Shown: positions 10,017 through 19,133, numbered from the stretch's first letter. The stretch: DNA of 64,000 nucleotides from Chloroflexota bacterium (GCA_030447745.1 JAUJOH010000002.1:119516-183515), one strand, 5' to 3'. The notes: generated from the sequence alone by a model not told the origin. Numbers and translations are program-made.

Positions 10017-10123
10017 CCGGCGACCTCGGCCGCGTCGTCGCCGGCGTACCCGCAGGCAGACCTCTTCGGGCCCGTCGGCGACCGCCATCCGCGCCCCTCC
10101 GGCGACGCGTTCCCGAGCGTCAT
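10013..10123 (-). CDS. 36-aa ORF bridging the NUDIX and PhzF genes (microprotein or deletion remnant)
   Basis: ATG overlaps the NUDIX stop (ATGA); its TGA overlaps the PhzF TTG start. Confidence 0.3.
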   Translation of the reverse strand: MTLGNASPEGRGWRSPTGPKRSACGYAGDDAAEVAG

Positions 10124-10737
10124 CCCTCGTGCCTCCGGTGTTCTGTCGCGACTCTATCGACCCGGGCTGCCTGGCACCCCGCGGTTTCCCGTCCGGCGGC
10201 GACCCTGGCAAGAGCGACGCGCTGGAGCGCCACGACCGAGAGGCTGTCCGTGATCCGGCCGTCGAGCGTCATCGCGAGCGCTTCGGCGAACGGGACCCAC
10301 CGGATCTCGAGCGCCTCGGTCTCCTCCGGTGCGGCCTGACCTCGGGTCAGGTTGGTGGCGAGGTAGAGGATGCCCGCCTCGTCGGTCACCGAGTTCGACA
10401 GGTGGAGCCGCCCCAGCTCGTGCCAGGTGGCGGCGGTGACGCCGGTCTCCTCTCGCAGCTCCCGGGCGGCACCCGCGACAGGGTCCTCGTCCAGCGGCAC
10501 GCCGCCTTCCGGGATCTCCCACGACCAGGCGTCGAGGGTGTACCGGTGCTGACCGACGAGCACGACGCGACCGTCCGCGTCGAGGGCGACCACCCCGACA
10601 GCGAGGTTCGCGAAGTGGACGACGCCGTAGATCCCCGCTCGGCCGTCCGGCCGCGTGACCTCGTCGTGCCAGACGGTCAGCCAGCGGTTCTCGTAGGCCA
10701 CGCGACGCGAGCGGCGGTGCCACGGCGAATCGGTCAC
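10120..10737 (-). CDS. NUDIX hydrolase (ADP-ribose pyrophosphatase-like)
   Basis: Nudix box EIPEGG..GAARELREETG; QHRY. Confidence 0.9.
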   Translation of the reverse strand: MTDSPWHRRSRRVAYENRWLTVWHDEVTRPDGRAGIYGVVHFANLAVGVVALDADGRVVLVGQHRYTLDAWSWEIPEGGVPLDEDPVAGAARELREETGVTAATWHELGRLHLSNSVTDEAGILYLATNLTRGQAAPEETEALEIRWVPFAEALAMTLDGRITDSLSVVALQRVALARVAAGRETAGCQAARVDRVATEHRRHEG

Positions 10738-10876
10738 CGTCCGATCCTACCGGTGCGCCGGACGACCGCGACGACGACCGGCCCCTCCGGCGTCGACGAC
10801 GACGGGCAACGATCGGCTCGTCCGCCTCGGAGGTACCGGTCCGCGCCCCGGCCCGACGGCCTCGTAGACTCCCGCG

Positions 10877-11911
10877 GTGAGCCCGCCCCCTGACCGGCCC
10901 GCGAGCGTGCCCGGCAACCACCCCAGCCAGGTCGGCGGCCATGGAACCGGTCGGCGGCTCCTCTGGACCGCCGCGTTCGTGCTCGTCGTCGCCGCTGCGT
11001 TGTACGTGGCGGCAGCGGCGGTCGTGTGGAACCGGCTGACGGTCGTCCGCGGAGACTGCCCGCCGGACGTCGCCGACAACGACCCCACGCGCTTCTCGTT
11101 CGGCGGCCGTCCGACCTTCGACACGTCGCCGTGGCTGATGCCGGCGCCGGAGGAGGTGCGCTTCCCGAGCCGCGACGCCTCCATCGAGATCGCCGGCTGG
11201 TGGCTGCCCGCGGAAGATCCGGAGGCGCCGGCCGTCGTGGTCGTGCACGGCCACAACGCCTGTCGGCGCGACCCGAGCGTCCTTCTGCCGGCCGGCATGC
11301 TCCACCGCGACGGGTTCACGGTCCTGCTGATCGACCTTCGCGACCACGGCGACTCCACGCTCGAGGACAGTCGCTACGCCGGGGGCGCGGACGAGTATCG
11401 CGACGTGCTGGGCGCGTGGGACTGGCTGCGCCTGGCGCAGGGGATACCGGCCGAGCGGATCGGCCTCCTCGGCACCTCCCTCGGTGCCGCGACCGTACTC
11501 ATCGCCGCGGGCCAGGAGCACCGCGTCGCCGCGACGTGGGAGGACTCGAGCTACGCGGACATCGGCGTTGCCATTCGGGCTGAGCTCGAGCGGAACGGCT
11601 ATCCCGCCATCCTCGAGCCCGGTGGCGTCGCGGTCGCACGGCTCGTGTCCGGCGACGACTTCGGCTCGAGGAGCCCCCTCGACGCCGCCCGCCGCTTGGA
11701 CGGCAGGCCGCTCTTCGTGACCCACGGCACGGCGGACGAGCGCCTCAGCGTCACCTATGCCCGCGAGCTGATCGCCGCGGTCGAGGCCGACGGCGGTCGA
11801 GTGGAGTCGTGGCTCGTCGAAGGCGCCGGCCATGTCGAGGCGATGGTGCTCGATCCCGAGGGGTACCGCTCGCGGATGACCGCGTTCTTCCGCCACGGGC
11901 TCGGCGGGTAG
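10877..11911 (+). CDS. Membrane-anchored alpha/beta hydrolase
   Basis: N-terminal TM, VHGH, GTSLG elbow, HGTADE, GAGH. Confidence 0.85.
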   Translation: MSPPPDRPASVPGNHPSQVGGHGTGRRLLWTAAFVLVVAAALYVAAAAVVWNRLTVVRGDCPPDVADNDPTRFSFGGRPTFDTSPWLMPAPEEVRFPSRDASIEIAGWWLPAEDPEAPAVVVVHGHNACRRDPSVLLPAGMLHRDGFTVLLIDLRDHGDSTLEDSRYAGGADEYRDVLGAWDWLRLAQGIPAERIGLLGTSLGAATVLIAAGQEHRVAATWEDSSYADIGVAIRAELERNGYPAILEPGGVAVARLVSGDDFGSRSPLDAARRLDGRPLFVTHGTADERLSVTYARELIAAVEADGGRVESWLVEGAGHVEAMVLDPEGYRSRMTAFFRHGLGG

Positions 11912-11958
11912 GCACGGCCTCCCCCGCGGTCCACACGTCGACGACTACACTGCGGCGC

Positions 11959-13125
11959 ATGCCGCGGGTCTCGAGCAAGGCGGGGGGCTTCACGGAGTCG
12001 GTCATCCGGGAGATGAGCCGGCTGGCCACGGCGACCGGAGCGGTCAACCTGGGGCAGGGGTTTCCGGACTTCCCCTGCCCCCCGGAGCTCAAGGCGGCGG
12101 CCGTCGAAGCGCTCCACGCGGACCTGAACCAGTACGCCATCACGTGGGGGGCAAAGCCGCTCCGCGACGCCATCGCCGCAAAGACGGCGCGGACATATCC
12201 GGGCTGGAAGGTCGACCCCGAGACCGAGATCACGGTGACGTGCGGTGCGACCGAGGGAATGATCGCGGCCTTCCTCGCGATCCTCGACCCGGGCGACGAG
12301 GTCATCATCTTCGAGCCCTTCTACGAGAACTACGGGCCGGACGCGATGCTCACCGGCGCCCTCGCGCGGTATGTGACGCTGCGCGAACCCGACTGGTCGT
12401 TCGACCCGGACGAGCTGCGCGCGGCCGTGACGCCGCGCACGCGCGGGATCGTCGTCAACTCGCCGCACAACCCGACGGGCAAGGTCTTCGACGCGGACGA
12501 GCTCGAGACGATCGCATCCCTCTGTCGCGACCACGACCTCGTCGCCTTCACGGACGACATCTACGAGCACATCGTCTACACCGGCAGGCATATCCCGCTG
12601 GCCACGCTTGACGGCATGCGCGAGCGGACGGTCGCCGTCAACTCGATGTCGAAGACCTACTCGGTGACCGGATGGCGCGTCGGCTGGGTCGTCGCGCCCC
12701 GGCCGCTCACCGCGGCGATCCGCAAGACGCACGACTTCCTGACGGTCGGCGCCGCGGCACCCCTCCAGCACGCGGCGGCCGTGGCCCTCGACCTGCCCGA
12801 CGCGTATTACGAGGCGCTCGTCGCCGGATACCGCGAGCGGCGCGACGCGCTCCTTCCAGCGCTCGAGAACGCGGGCTTCCGCGTCTACGCTCCGGACGGC
12901 GCCTACTACGTGATGACCGACATCGCGCGCGTGACCCACGAGGACGACACGACCTTCGCCCGACGGCTGGTCATCGACCCGGGCGTCGCGGCCGTTCCCG
13001 GCTCGTCCTTCTACTCGGAGCCGGCCCTCGGACGGACGAAGCTCCGGTTCGCGTTCCCGAAGCGCGTGGCGACGCTGGCCGCGGCCGCGGACCGCCTTCG
13101 CCGCCTCGCTGCCGCTCCGGCCTAA
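11959..13125 (+). CDS. Class I/II PLP-dependent aminotransferase
   Basis: NLGQGFPD, NSPHNPTGK, DDIY and SMSKTYSVTGWRVG. Confidence 0.9.
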   Translation: MPRVSSKAGGFTESVIREMSRLATATGAVNLGQGFPDFPCPPELKAAAVEALHADLNQYAITWGAKPLRDAIAAKTARTYPGWKVDPETEITVTCGATEGMIAAFLAILDPGDEVIIFEPFYENYGPDAMLTGALARYVTLREPDWSFDPDELRAAVTPRTRGIVVNSPHNPTGKVFDADELETIASLCRDHDLVAFTDDIYEHIVYTGRHIPLATLDGMRERTVAVNSMSKTYSVTGWRVGWVVAPRPLTAAIRKTHDFLTVGAAAPLQHAAAVALDLPDAYYEALVAGYRERRDALLPALENAGFRVYAPDGAYYVMTDIARVTHEDDTTFARRLVIDPGVAAVPGSSFYSEPALGRTKLRFAFPKRVATLAAAADRLRRLAAAPA

Positions 13126-14144
13126 CGGCCGGCCGGGATGGCGAGGGCGGCCTGCGCGAGCAGCGCCGTGCCGAGCGCCACGGCAACCGAGGCGAGCGTA
13201 CCGAGCAGGTAGTACTCGGCGAAGTCGCGGTCGTCGAGCTGCTTGAAGCGGGCGAGCGTCTTGGCGGCGACGACGAACCCGATCGCGGCCGTCGAGCCGG
13301 TCAGCACGAACGCCACGATCAGGAGGCGCTCGAGGATGCCGATGGTGGCTCCGATCTTCGCCGGCGATGCGTGCGCGCCGGGCTGCCGGCGAAGCCGGGT
13401 GTCCGGACCCGTCCTCGCCGCGATGCGCGAGGGCACGGCAGTCGCTTCCAGTGGGCCGAGCCGGACGCGCCACGCCGCCGGCAGCTCCGGCTCGTCGACG
13501 TCGCGCTCCGACGGTGCAGCGGTCGTCGCGGTCGTCGCCTCGCGCGGCCGAACGAGGGTCGCCACGAACAGGGCTCCGGCGCGGACGTTCGCGATCAGCA
13601 GCGACGCACCCACGACGGCCACGAGGACCGACCGGTGGACGAGCTCGCGGTCCACTCCGCCGAACACGGCATCGACGATCGCCACCCACTCCGGGAGGGG
13701 CGAGAGACGCGCGACGAGGACGGAGGCCGCGGTCACGATGAGCAGCAGGTGGAGCAGCTGATCGACGAGGAAGAGCGCGCCGGGGACCGGCGTCCAGGCC
13801 GGTCCAAGGGCGTCCGCCGGCTCCACCTCCGGCCGCTCGTGACGCCGATGCGCGAGTTGGAGCGCGCGCGCCTCGGAGCTCCGCGTCGCACGGACCTTCC
13901 AGCGGTCGATCGTCACATGGCCGAGCGTCACGACGGCAAGCAGCGTCGCCCCGCGCACGCCGTACGCCGCGACGACCGGCAGGAGACACCCGCCGACGAT
14001 CGCGCCGTGGACGGCCAACGCGCGCCACCCCCGGGCGCCGGTCGCGCGCTTGTCGGCGACCATGGCGTCGGTCTGGAGCACGAAGTCGGCCACGAGGTGC
14101 GCGAGCACGAGCCAGGCGAGCACGAGGACGGCATCGGTCGTCAT
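13122..14144 (-). CDS. DUF3307 domain membrane protein
   Basis: AHLVADFVLQ, HVTID, DQLLH, IGILER, AAKTLARF and EYYLLGTL. Confidence 0.85.
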   Translation of the reverse strand: MTTDAVLVLAWLVLAHLVADFVLQTDAMVADKRATGARGWRALAVHGAIVGGCLLPVVAAYGVRGATLLAVVTLGHVTIDRWKVRATRSSEARALQLAHRRHERPEVEPADALGPAWTPVPGALFLVDQLLHLLLIVTAASVLVARLSPLPEWVAIVDAVFGGVDRELVHRSVLVAVVGASLLIANVRAGALFVATLVRPREATTATTAAPSERDVDEPELPAAWRVRLGPLEATAVPSRIAARTGPDTRLRRQPGAHASPAKIGATIGILERLLIVAFVLTGSTAAIGFVVAAKTLARFKQLDDRDFAEYYLLGTLASVAVALGTALLAQAALAIPAGR

Positions 14145-14809
14145 GCGTGCCCCGCCACTCCGTCGACCGGCGCGGCAGCTGCCGCGTCGATTCCGATCCG
14201 GAGGAGCTGGACGATCGCCCGGCTGAGCCGCTCGATGTCGCGGACGTGGGCGCGCTCGGCCGCAACCGACACGGTCGGCCGGGCGATTCCGAGGCGGGCC
14301 GCAACGTCGACCTGCCGGAGATCCTCGACCAGGAGAAGGCGGCCGATCGCCCGTTGCCGGTCGGTCAGCCCGTTCAGGAGCACGCCGAGCAGCGGCGCGA
14401 CGTCGTCCAGGAGCGCGTCGGTGCATGGGTGGCCGGATCGGACGAGCAGGTCGTCACGGCGGCGGCGGGCGGTGGCGATGAGCGCGCGGGCCGTCACGAA
14501 CGCCGGCCCCGTCCGCTGCGTGGCCGGGCCCTCTCCCGGCTCGACGCTGCCGGCCACCACGGTCCACCGCATCCGCGGCGGTCGCGGCGTGCGGAGGCCG
14601 GCATGGAAGACGGCCGGCATGGGGTCGGCGTCGACGCGGAGCACCCCCTGCAGCTCGTCGCCCTGCGTGAAGCCGAACGGCGCGAGGCGCGAGTCTCCGA
14701 AGACGTCGTCCAACTCGGCGCACAACCGGCGCAACCACGTCGAGGAACGAGGCCCGTCCGCCCGCGAGCGGACCACGTCGCCGAACAGGACGAGCGCGTC
14801 GTTCGTCAC
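14141..14809 (-). CDS. SatD family protein with C-terminal HTH
   Basis: FGDVVRSR, TQGDELQG, GPAF, and C-terminal RQVDVAARLGIARPTVS. Adjacent to DUF3307, its usual partner. Confidence 0.85.
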   Translation of the reverse strand: MTNDALVLFGDVVRSRADGPRSSTWLRRLCAELDDVFGDSRLAPFGFTQGDELQGVLRVDADPMPAVFHAGLRTPRPPRMRWTVVAGSVEPGEGPATQRTGPAFVTARALIATARRRRDDLLVRSGHPCTDALLDDVAPLLGVLLNGLTDRQRAIGRLLLVEDLRQVDVAARLGIARPTVSVAAERAHVRDIERLSRAIVQLLRIGIDAAAAAPVDGVAGHA

Positions 14810-14816
14810 CCGCCTC

Positions 14817-14851
14817 AGGCTACCAGGCGCGGATATAGCCGTCAACGGCTA
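14817..14851 (-). promoter_or_regulatory. sigma70-type promoter for a leaderless satD, with an inverted repeat over the -35
   Basis: TTGACG (14845-14840), 17 bp, TAGCCT (14822-14817), 7 nt, then GTG. TAGCCG-TCAA-CGGCTA at 14836-14851. Confidence 0.7.
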
Positions 14852-14959
14852 CGCTGCGGTAAGGTAGGTCTAAGAGGCTACCTGCGCCGCTGGGGTCCGA
14901 GACCCCGAAAGATCGAGGCGCGGCGCCACCTTCCCGTCCGGCCTCGGTACGATGGCGCG

Positions 14960-15175
14960 GTGACGGACCAGCCCGGCCCCGCCCCCGGCGTCGAGCCGCC
15001 CGCGTCATCCTCCCCCATCCTGTTCCTCCCGGACGAGCCGGCGACGCAGCCCGGTCGCCGTGACCCCGGCGAGCTGATGCTGACGTGCGCGAACTGTGGC
15101 GCGCCGATGGACGAGCGCAAGTGCAAGCTGATCTGCACGTGCGGCTACTTTCTCTCGTGCTCCGACTACCTCTAG
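14960..15175 (+). CDS. Small Cys-rich zinc-finger-like protein (alternative start 15077)
   Basis: Ends CANCGAPMDERKCKLICTCGYFLSCSDYL. TACGAT sits 6 nt before GTG 14960. Confidence 0.7.
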   Translation: MTDQPGPAPGVEPPASSSPILFLPDEPATQPGRRDPGELMLTCANCGAPMDERKCKLICTCGYFLSCSDYL

Positions 15176-15185
15176 CCGGCTGACG

Positions 15186-16502
15186 TTGCGCCGCCTCCGC
15201 GAGTACGCAGCGACGTTCACCGGCTTCGAGCGGGATGCCCGGCGATACCTGCTGGTCACGCTCGTGGCTGGCGCGGCGATCAGCCTCTACTGGATCGACT
15301 TCAACCTCTACCTCGCGTCGATCGGCGTCCCGCGCTCCACGATCGGGCTCATCGCGACCGGCGGCTCGCTCGCCGGGGCGATCGTCGCGTTTCCCGTTTC
15401 GGCGCTCTCCGACCGGATCGGTCGCCGGCTGGTGATCGCCGGTGGCCTCGCCGTCATGGCGCTGGCGATGGTGGGCGCCCTGCTCACGTCCGCCGTGCCG
15501 GTCATCGCCGTGCTCGTCGCGACGTTCGCCGCCGGTCAGCAGTCCGTCTTCGTCGTCCAGACGCCGTACCTCGCCGAGCACAGCCGCCCTGGGCACCGGA
15601 GCGAGCTGTTCTCGCTCCAGTTCGCCGTCCAGAACCTGACCAATGTCGCGGCCGCCCTGATCGGCGGGTTTGCCGCAGCCGCGGTGGCGTTGGCCATCGG
15701 GCTCGACCCCAACGGGCCGGCCACATATCGCGTGCTGCTCGCCGCGATGGCCGTGCTGCTGGCTGTCGCGGTCGCAATGGTCGCCCGGCTGAGCGACGAC
15801 CGCCCGTCTCGGACCCGGCCACGAGAGGTGCGGACGGCCGGGGAGCCGGCCTCGTTTCCGCGCCCGCGTCGCGAGTCGCGCCTGCGGCCGACCCTGCCCA
15901 TCGAGGACCGCGGTCGGTTCGTCCGCCTGGTGCTGCCCGGGTTCCTCATCGCGCTCGGCGCCGGTCAGGTGATTCCGTTCCTCAACCTCTACGTCCAGCG
16001 CAAGTTCGGGCTCGAGCTCGCCTCGCTCAACGCGGTCTTCGCGCTGACAAGCTTCGGAACCATGGCGGCGATCCTCCTCCAGCCGGCGCTTGCCAAGCGG
16101 TTCGGCCGGGTCGCATCCGTCGTCGCGGTGCAGGGGGCGAGCATCCCGTTCCTGCTCGTGCTCGGGTTCTCGCCGATCCTGTGGACCGTCGTGCTCGCGA
16201 TGGCGGTCCGCAATTCGCTCATGAACGCCGGCAACCCGATCCTGAACGCCTTCGCGATGGACCAGGTGCGACCGACCGAGCGGGCGACGCTGGCTGCGAC
16301 GATGACCGTGCTCTGGTCGGTCGGCTGGGTGATCGGTGGTCCGTACTACAGCCTGCTGCAGGCGACGCTCGGCTTCGAGGCCGGCTACACGGTCAACTTT
16401 CTGACGATCATCGTCCTCTACTCGACGGCCACGACGCTCTACTGGACGTGGTTCCGGAACGCGGAGCCGAAGCCCAGTCGGCGCGTCGCTGTCGCCGCTT
16501 GA
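15186..16502 (+). CDS. MFS transporter
   Basis: About 12 TM segments; SDRIGRR and AKRFGR motif-A repeats. Confidence 0.9.
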   Translation: MRRLREYAATFTGFERDARRYLLVTLVAGAAISLYWIDFNLYLASIGVPRSTIGLIATGGSLAGAIVAFPVSALSDRIGRRLVIAGGLAVMALAMVGALLTSAVPVIAVLVATFAAGQQSVFVVQTPYLAEHSRPGHRSELFSLQFAVQNLTNVAAALIGGFAAAAVALAIGLDPNGPATYRVLLAAMAVLLAVAVAMVARLSDDRPSRTRPREVRTAGEPASFPRPRRESRLRPTLPIEDRGRFVRLVLPGFLIALGAGQVIPFLNLYVQRKFGLELASLNAVFALTSFGTMAAILLQPALAKRFGRVASVVAVQGASIPFLLVLGFSPILWTVVLAMAVRNSLMNAGNPILNAFAMDQVRPTERATLAATMTVLWSVGWVIGGPYYSLLQATLGFEAGYTVNFLTIIVLYSTATTLYWTWFRNAEPKPSRRVAVAA

Positions 16503-16543
16503 ACGGCGGCGTGCTCCGCGTCGCGACGGACTAAGATCGCCCG

Positions 16544-17458
16544 ATGACGGCCGAGACGCGCCCAGCTCCCGCCTCGCCGGCTCCTTCCCCGTCCGCCACC
16601 GAGGCGGCGGCGGCTGCCGCGCCGCGCGAGAAGACCGGGATCGCGCGGAACCCGGGGCGGCGCGATCTCGGCATGAAGGCGACGCTCCTGTTTCCGAACC
16701 GCGCAATCGTCGAGCAGTTCTACGTGCCGGTCATCTACACGGCATGCCGGACGTGCTACTCGGAGCTGGAGCCGGACGAGATCTTCCGGCGGGCCGCCGA
16801 CGGCGAGATCGACCAGCAGAAGATGCAGAAGCTGATCGCCGGCGTGATCGAGTCCGGCCACGGCTCGACGATCGAGCACGTCGTGTTCACGTTCGGGATC
16901 AGCGGCGTCTCTCGCACGCTCTCGCACCAGCTCGTCCGGCACCGCGCCGGCGTGGCGTTCGACCAGCAGAGCCAGCGCTACGTCAAGTTCAAGGGCGCCG
17001 CGACGATGCTGCCGGTGACGATCGAGGACGGGGACCCCGAGCTGCGGGCGCGCTACACCGAGCAGGTCGACGGCGCGCTGGAGCTGTACGGCGAGATGCT
17101 GGGCGCCGGGATCCCGGGCGAGGATGCCCGGTTCGTGTTCCCCAACGCGACCCGGACGAACCTCGTGATGACCACGAACCTGCGAGCGCTGATCCACATG
17201 TCTGGACTCCGCCTGTGCACGATGGCCCAGTGGGAGATCCGCCGGCTGTTCCAGCTGATCCGCCACGAGATCTTCAGCGTGTCGCCATTCCTCGGCTCGT
17301 TTCTGGCGCCGAAGTGCGTGCCGCTCGGCTACTGCGACGAGATGGGCAACCGGGACCAGCACTGCCCGATCCGCCCGCACAAGGACAACGTGCTCAGCGC
17401 GTGGGCGGAGAAGGCGAAGGCGGCCCGCGCCGCCGGCCGGGAGCTGCCGGTCACGTAG
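16544..17458 (+). CDS. thyX: FAD-dependent thymidylate synthase
   Basis: GHGSTIEH, SHQLVRHR-x7-SQRY ThyX motif, EDARFVFP, AQWEIR. Confidence 0.92.
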   Translation: MTAETRPAPASPAPSPSATEAAAAAAPREKTGIARNPGRRDLGMKATLLFPNRAIVEQFYVPVIYTACRTCYSELEPDEIFRRAADGEIDQQKMQKLIAGVIESGHGSTIEHVVFTFGISGVSRTLSHQLVRHRAGVAFDQQSQRYVKFKGAATMLPVTIEDGDPELRARYTEQVDGALELYGEMLGAGIPGEDARFVFPNATRTNLVMTTNLRALIHMSGLRLCTMAQWEIRRLFQLIRHEIFSVSPFLGSFLAPKCVPLGYCDEMGNRDQHCPIRPHKDNVLSAWAEKAKAARAAGRELPVT

Positions 17459-17990
17459 CGGCGTGCGCGGCCCGTGTTTCCCAGTCGCGAGATGCCGCCC
17501 GACGGTGGACGAGCGGCCCACCTCGGCCCCACCTCGGGCCGGTTCCGTGACCGTGAGTCGCGCGCGTCCCTCGAACCGCGCGGTTGCTCCACGCCGCGCG
17601 CTCGCTCGCGAACGATCGCGTGACCCCCCGGGTCACACCTGTCGTCGTCGGACGCCGAGGAGCGGCCGCGGCGCACAGTTTGCTGACGGCCGCTCAGCGT
17701 TCGCCTGGACCGGGCGGCGCCGCATCCCGCGCCGCGCGTCTCCGGTGGCCGTCCGACTGTTCGCTGCGAGCGGACATTGCGAGCCGGGCGAGCGAGCCAG
17801 CACTCGCTCGAAGACCCGGTGTTCGCCGCCGGTGAACAGCTACTGCCACGCTCACCGGCTGGCGGAGCTATCCCGCTCACACGCCGGACTGGCCGCCACG
17901 TGCGAACGCGGCTGGGCCAGCGGCCCGATCTCACTGCCGGCGAACACCGGCGGTGTGCGCCGCGCACGGCCGCGCGCGAGCCCGGGTGGG

Positions 17991-18866
17991 TCAGCCCGCC
18001 GGGTTCGCCGCGAACTCGGCCACGAACCGGCGGATGACCCGCGTCAGCCGCGGGCCAGCCTCGGCGGCGGCGGCGAGGACCTCCTCGTGGGTCAGCGGCT
18101 GCCCGGTGTAGCCGGCACCCGCGTTCGTGATGAGCGACACCCCGCAGACGTCGAGCCCGGCCCACCGAGCGGCGATGCACTCGAGCACGGTGGACATCCC
18201 GACGGCATCCGCGCCGAACGTGCGGAGCATCCGGATCTCGGCCGGGGTCTCGTACTGCGGCCCCAGCAACCCGGCGTAGACGCCCTCCTCGAGCACCACT
18301 CCCTCCGCCTCGGCGGCCGCCCGGAGCTGCGCTCGAAGCCGCGGGCTCCAGGCGTCGACCAGGTCCTGGAACCGCGCCCCGATGGCGTCTGCATTCCGGC
18401 CGAGCAGCGGCGTGCGCCCGGTCAGGTTGAGGTGATCAGCGATGAGCATCAGCGTGCCGGGCCGGTAGTCGGGGTTCACCCCGCCCGCGGCATTCGTCAG
18501 CACCACGGCGCGCGCGCCGACACGCCGGAAGAGCAGCACGGGCTGAACGACGAGCCCTGGATCGTTCCCCTCGTAGACGTGGAGCCGGCCCTGCAGCAGC
18601 GCGACGGGAACGCCCGCCAGACGGCCGAGCAACAGGCGGCCGGCGTGTCCGGGCGCGGTCGCCACCGGCCAGCCGGGGAGCTCCGCGAAGGGCATGGCGA
18701 CCGGCTCCTCGAGGTCATCGGCCAGACCGCCGAGCCCGGAGCCGAGCACGATGCCGAGGTCCGGTCGGAGGTCCGTGCGGGAGCGAACCGCAGCCTCGAG
18801 CGCGTTCAGGCGGGCGGGCTGGTGCGCCGGGGAGATCGGGCGACCGGCCTCGTCAGCCGTGGGCAT
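17991..18866 (-). CDS. Purine-nucleoside phosphorylase
   Basis: GIVLGSGLG, GHAG, GRLHVYEG, TNAAGG, GPQYET, VGMST and HEEV. GGAGG SD. Confidence 0.93.
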   Translation of the reverse strand: MPTADEAGRPISPAHQPARLNALEAAVRSRTDLRPDLGIVLGSGLGGLADDLEEPVAMPFAELPGWPVATAPGHAGRLLLGRLAGVPVALLQGRLHVYEGNDPGLVVQPVLLFRRVGARAVVLTNAAGGVNPDYRPGTLMLIADHLNLTGRTPLLGRNADAIGARFQDLVDAWSPRLRAQLRAAAEAEGVVLEEGVYAGLLGPQYETPAEIRMLRTFGADAVGMSTVLECIAARWAGLDVCGVSLITNAGAGYTGQPLTHEEVLAAAAEAGPRLTRVIRRFVAEFAANPAG

Positions 18867-18921
18867 ACGGGCCTCCAGGCATGCGTCCAAGGGGAAGACG
18901 GCCGAGGCCCCTGCTTCGCTC

Positions 18922-19093
18922 GCCCGACGGAAGTACCGACACCGGGATGCCGGTCACGTCCCGCCGGGCGAACCCCGCCGCTCCCCTCGCGGGCAGCGCG
19001 TGGCGGGCAGAGAAGCGCCCGAAGCGACCGATCAGAACCTGTGAACCTTGATGCAATCTCGGTGTCGCCGATCCCTGGCGGCCCCTCCGGGCA
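18922..19093 (-). ncRNA. Putative structured ncRNA, long imperfect hairpin with central bubble (6S-like)
   Basis: Nested pairings GCCCGG/TCGGGC, CGACACCGAGATTGC/GCATCCCGGTGTCG, GGTTCAC/GTGACC and GGGCG/CGCCC. Promoter immediately upstream. No credible ORF. Confidence 0.5.
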
Positions 19094-19099
19094 CGACCA

Positions 19100-19128
19100 A
19101 AGGTAGGCTTGTGCGTCCGCCGCGGCAA
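19100..19128 (-). promoter_or_regulatory. sigma70-type promoter for the ncRNA/PNP transcript
   Basis: TTGCCG (19128-19123), 17 bp, TACCTT (19105-19100). Confidence 0.6.
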
Positions 19129-19133
19129 TCGCC

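Noticed and set aside
18922-19093. Moco, TPP, purine or SAM riboswitch, SRP RNA, RNase P or tmRNA
   Set aside because: The diagnostic conserved strings of these families are not present on either strand by eye.
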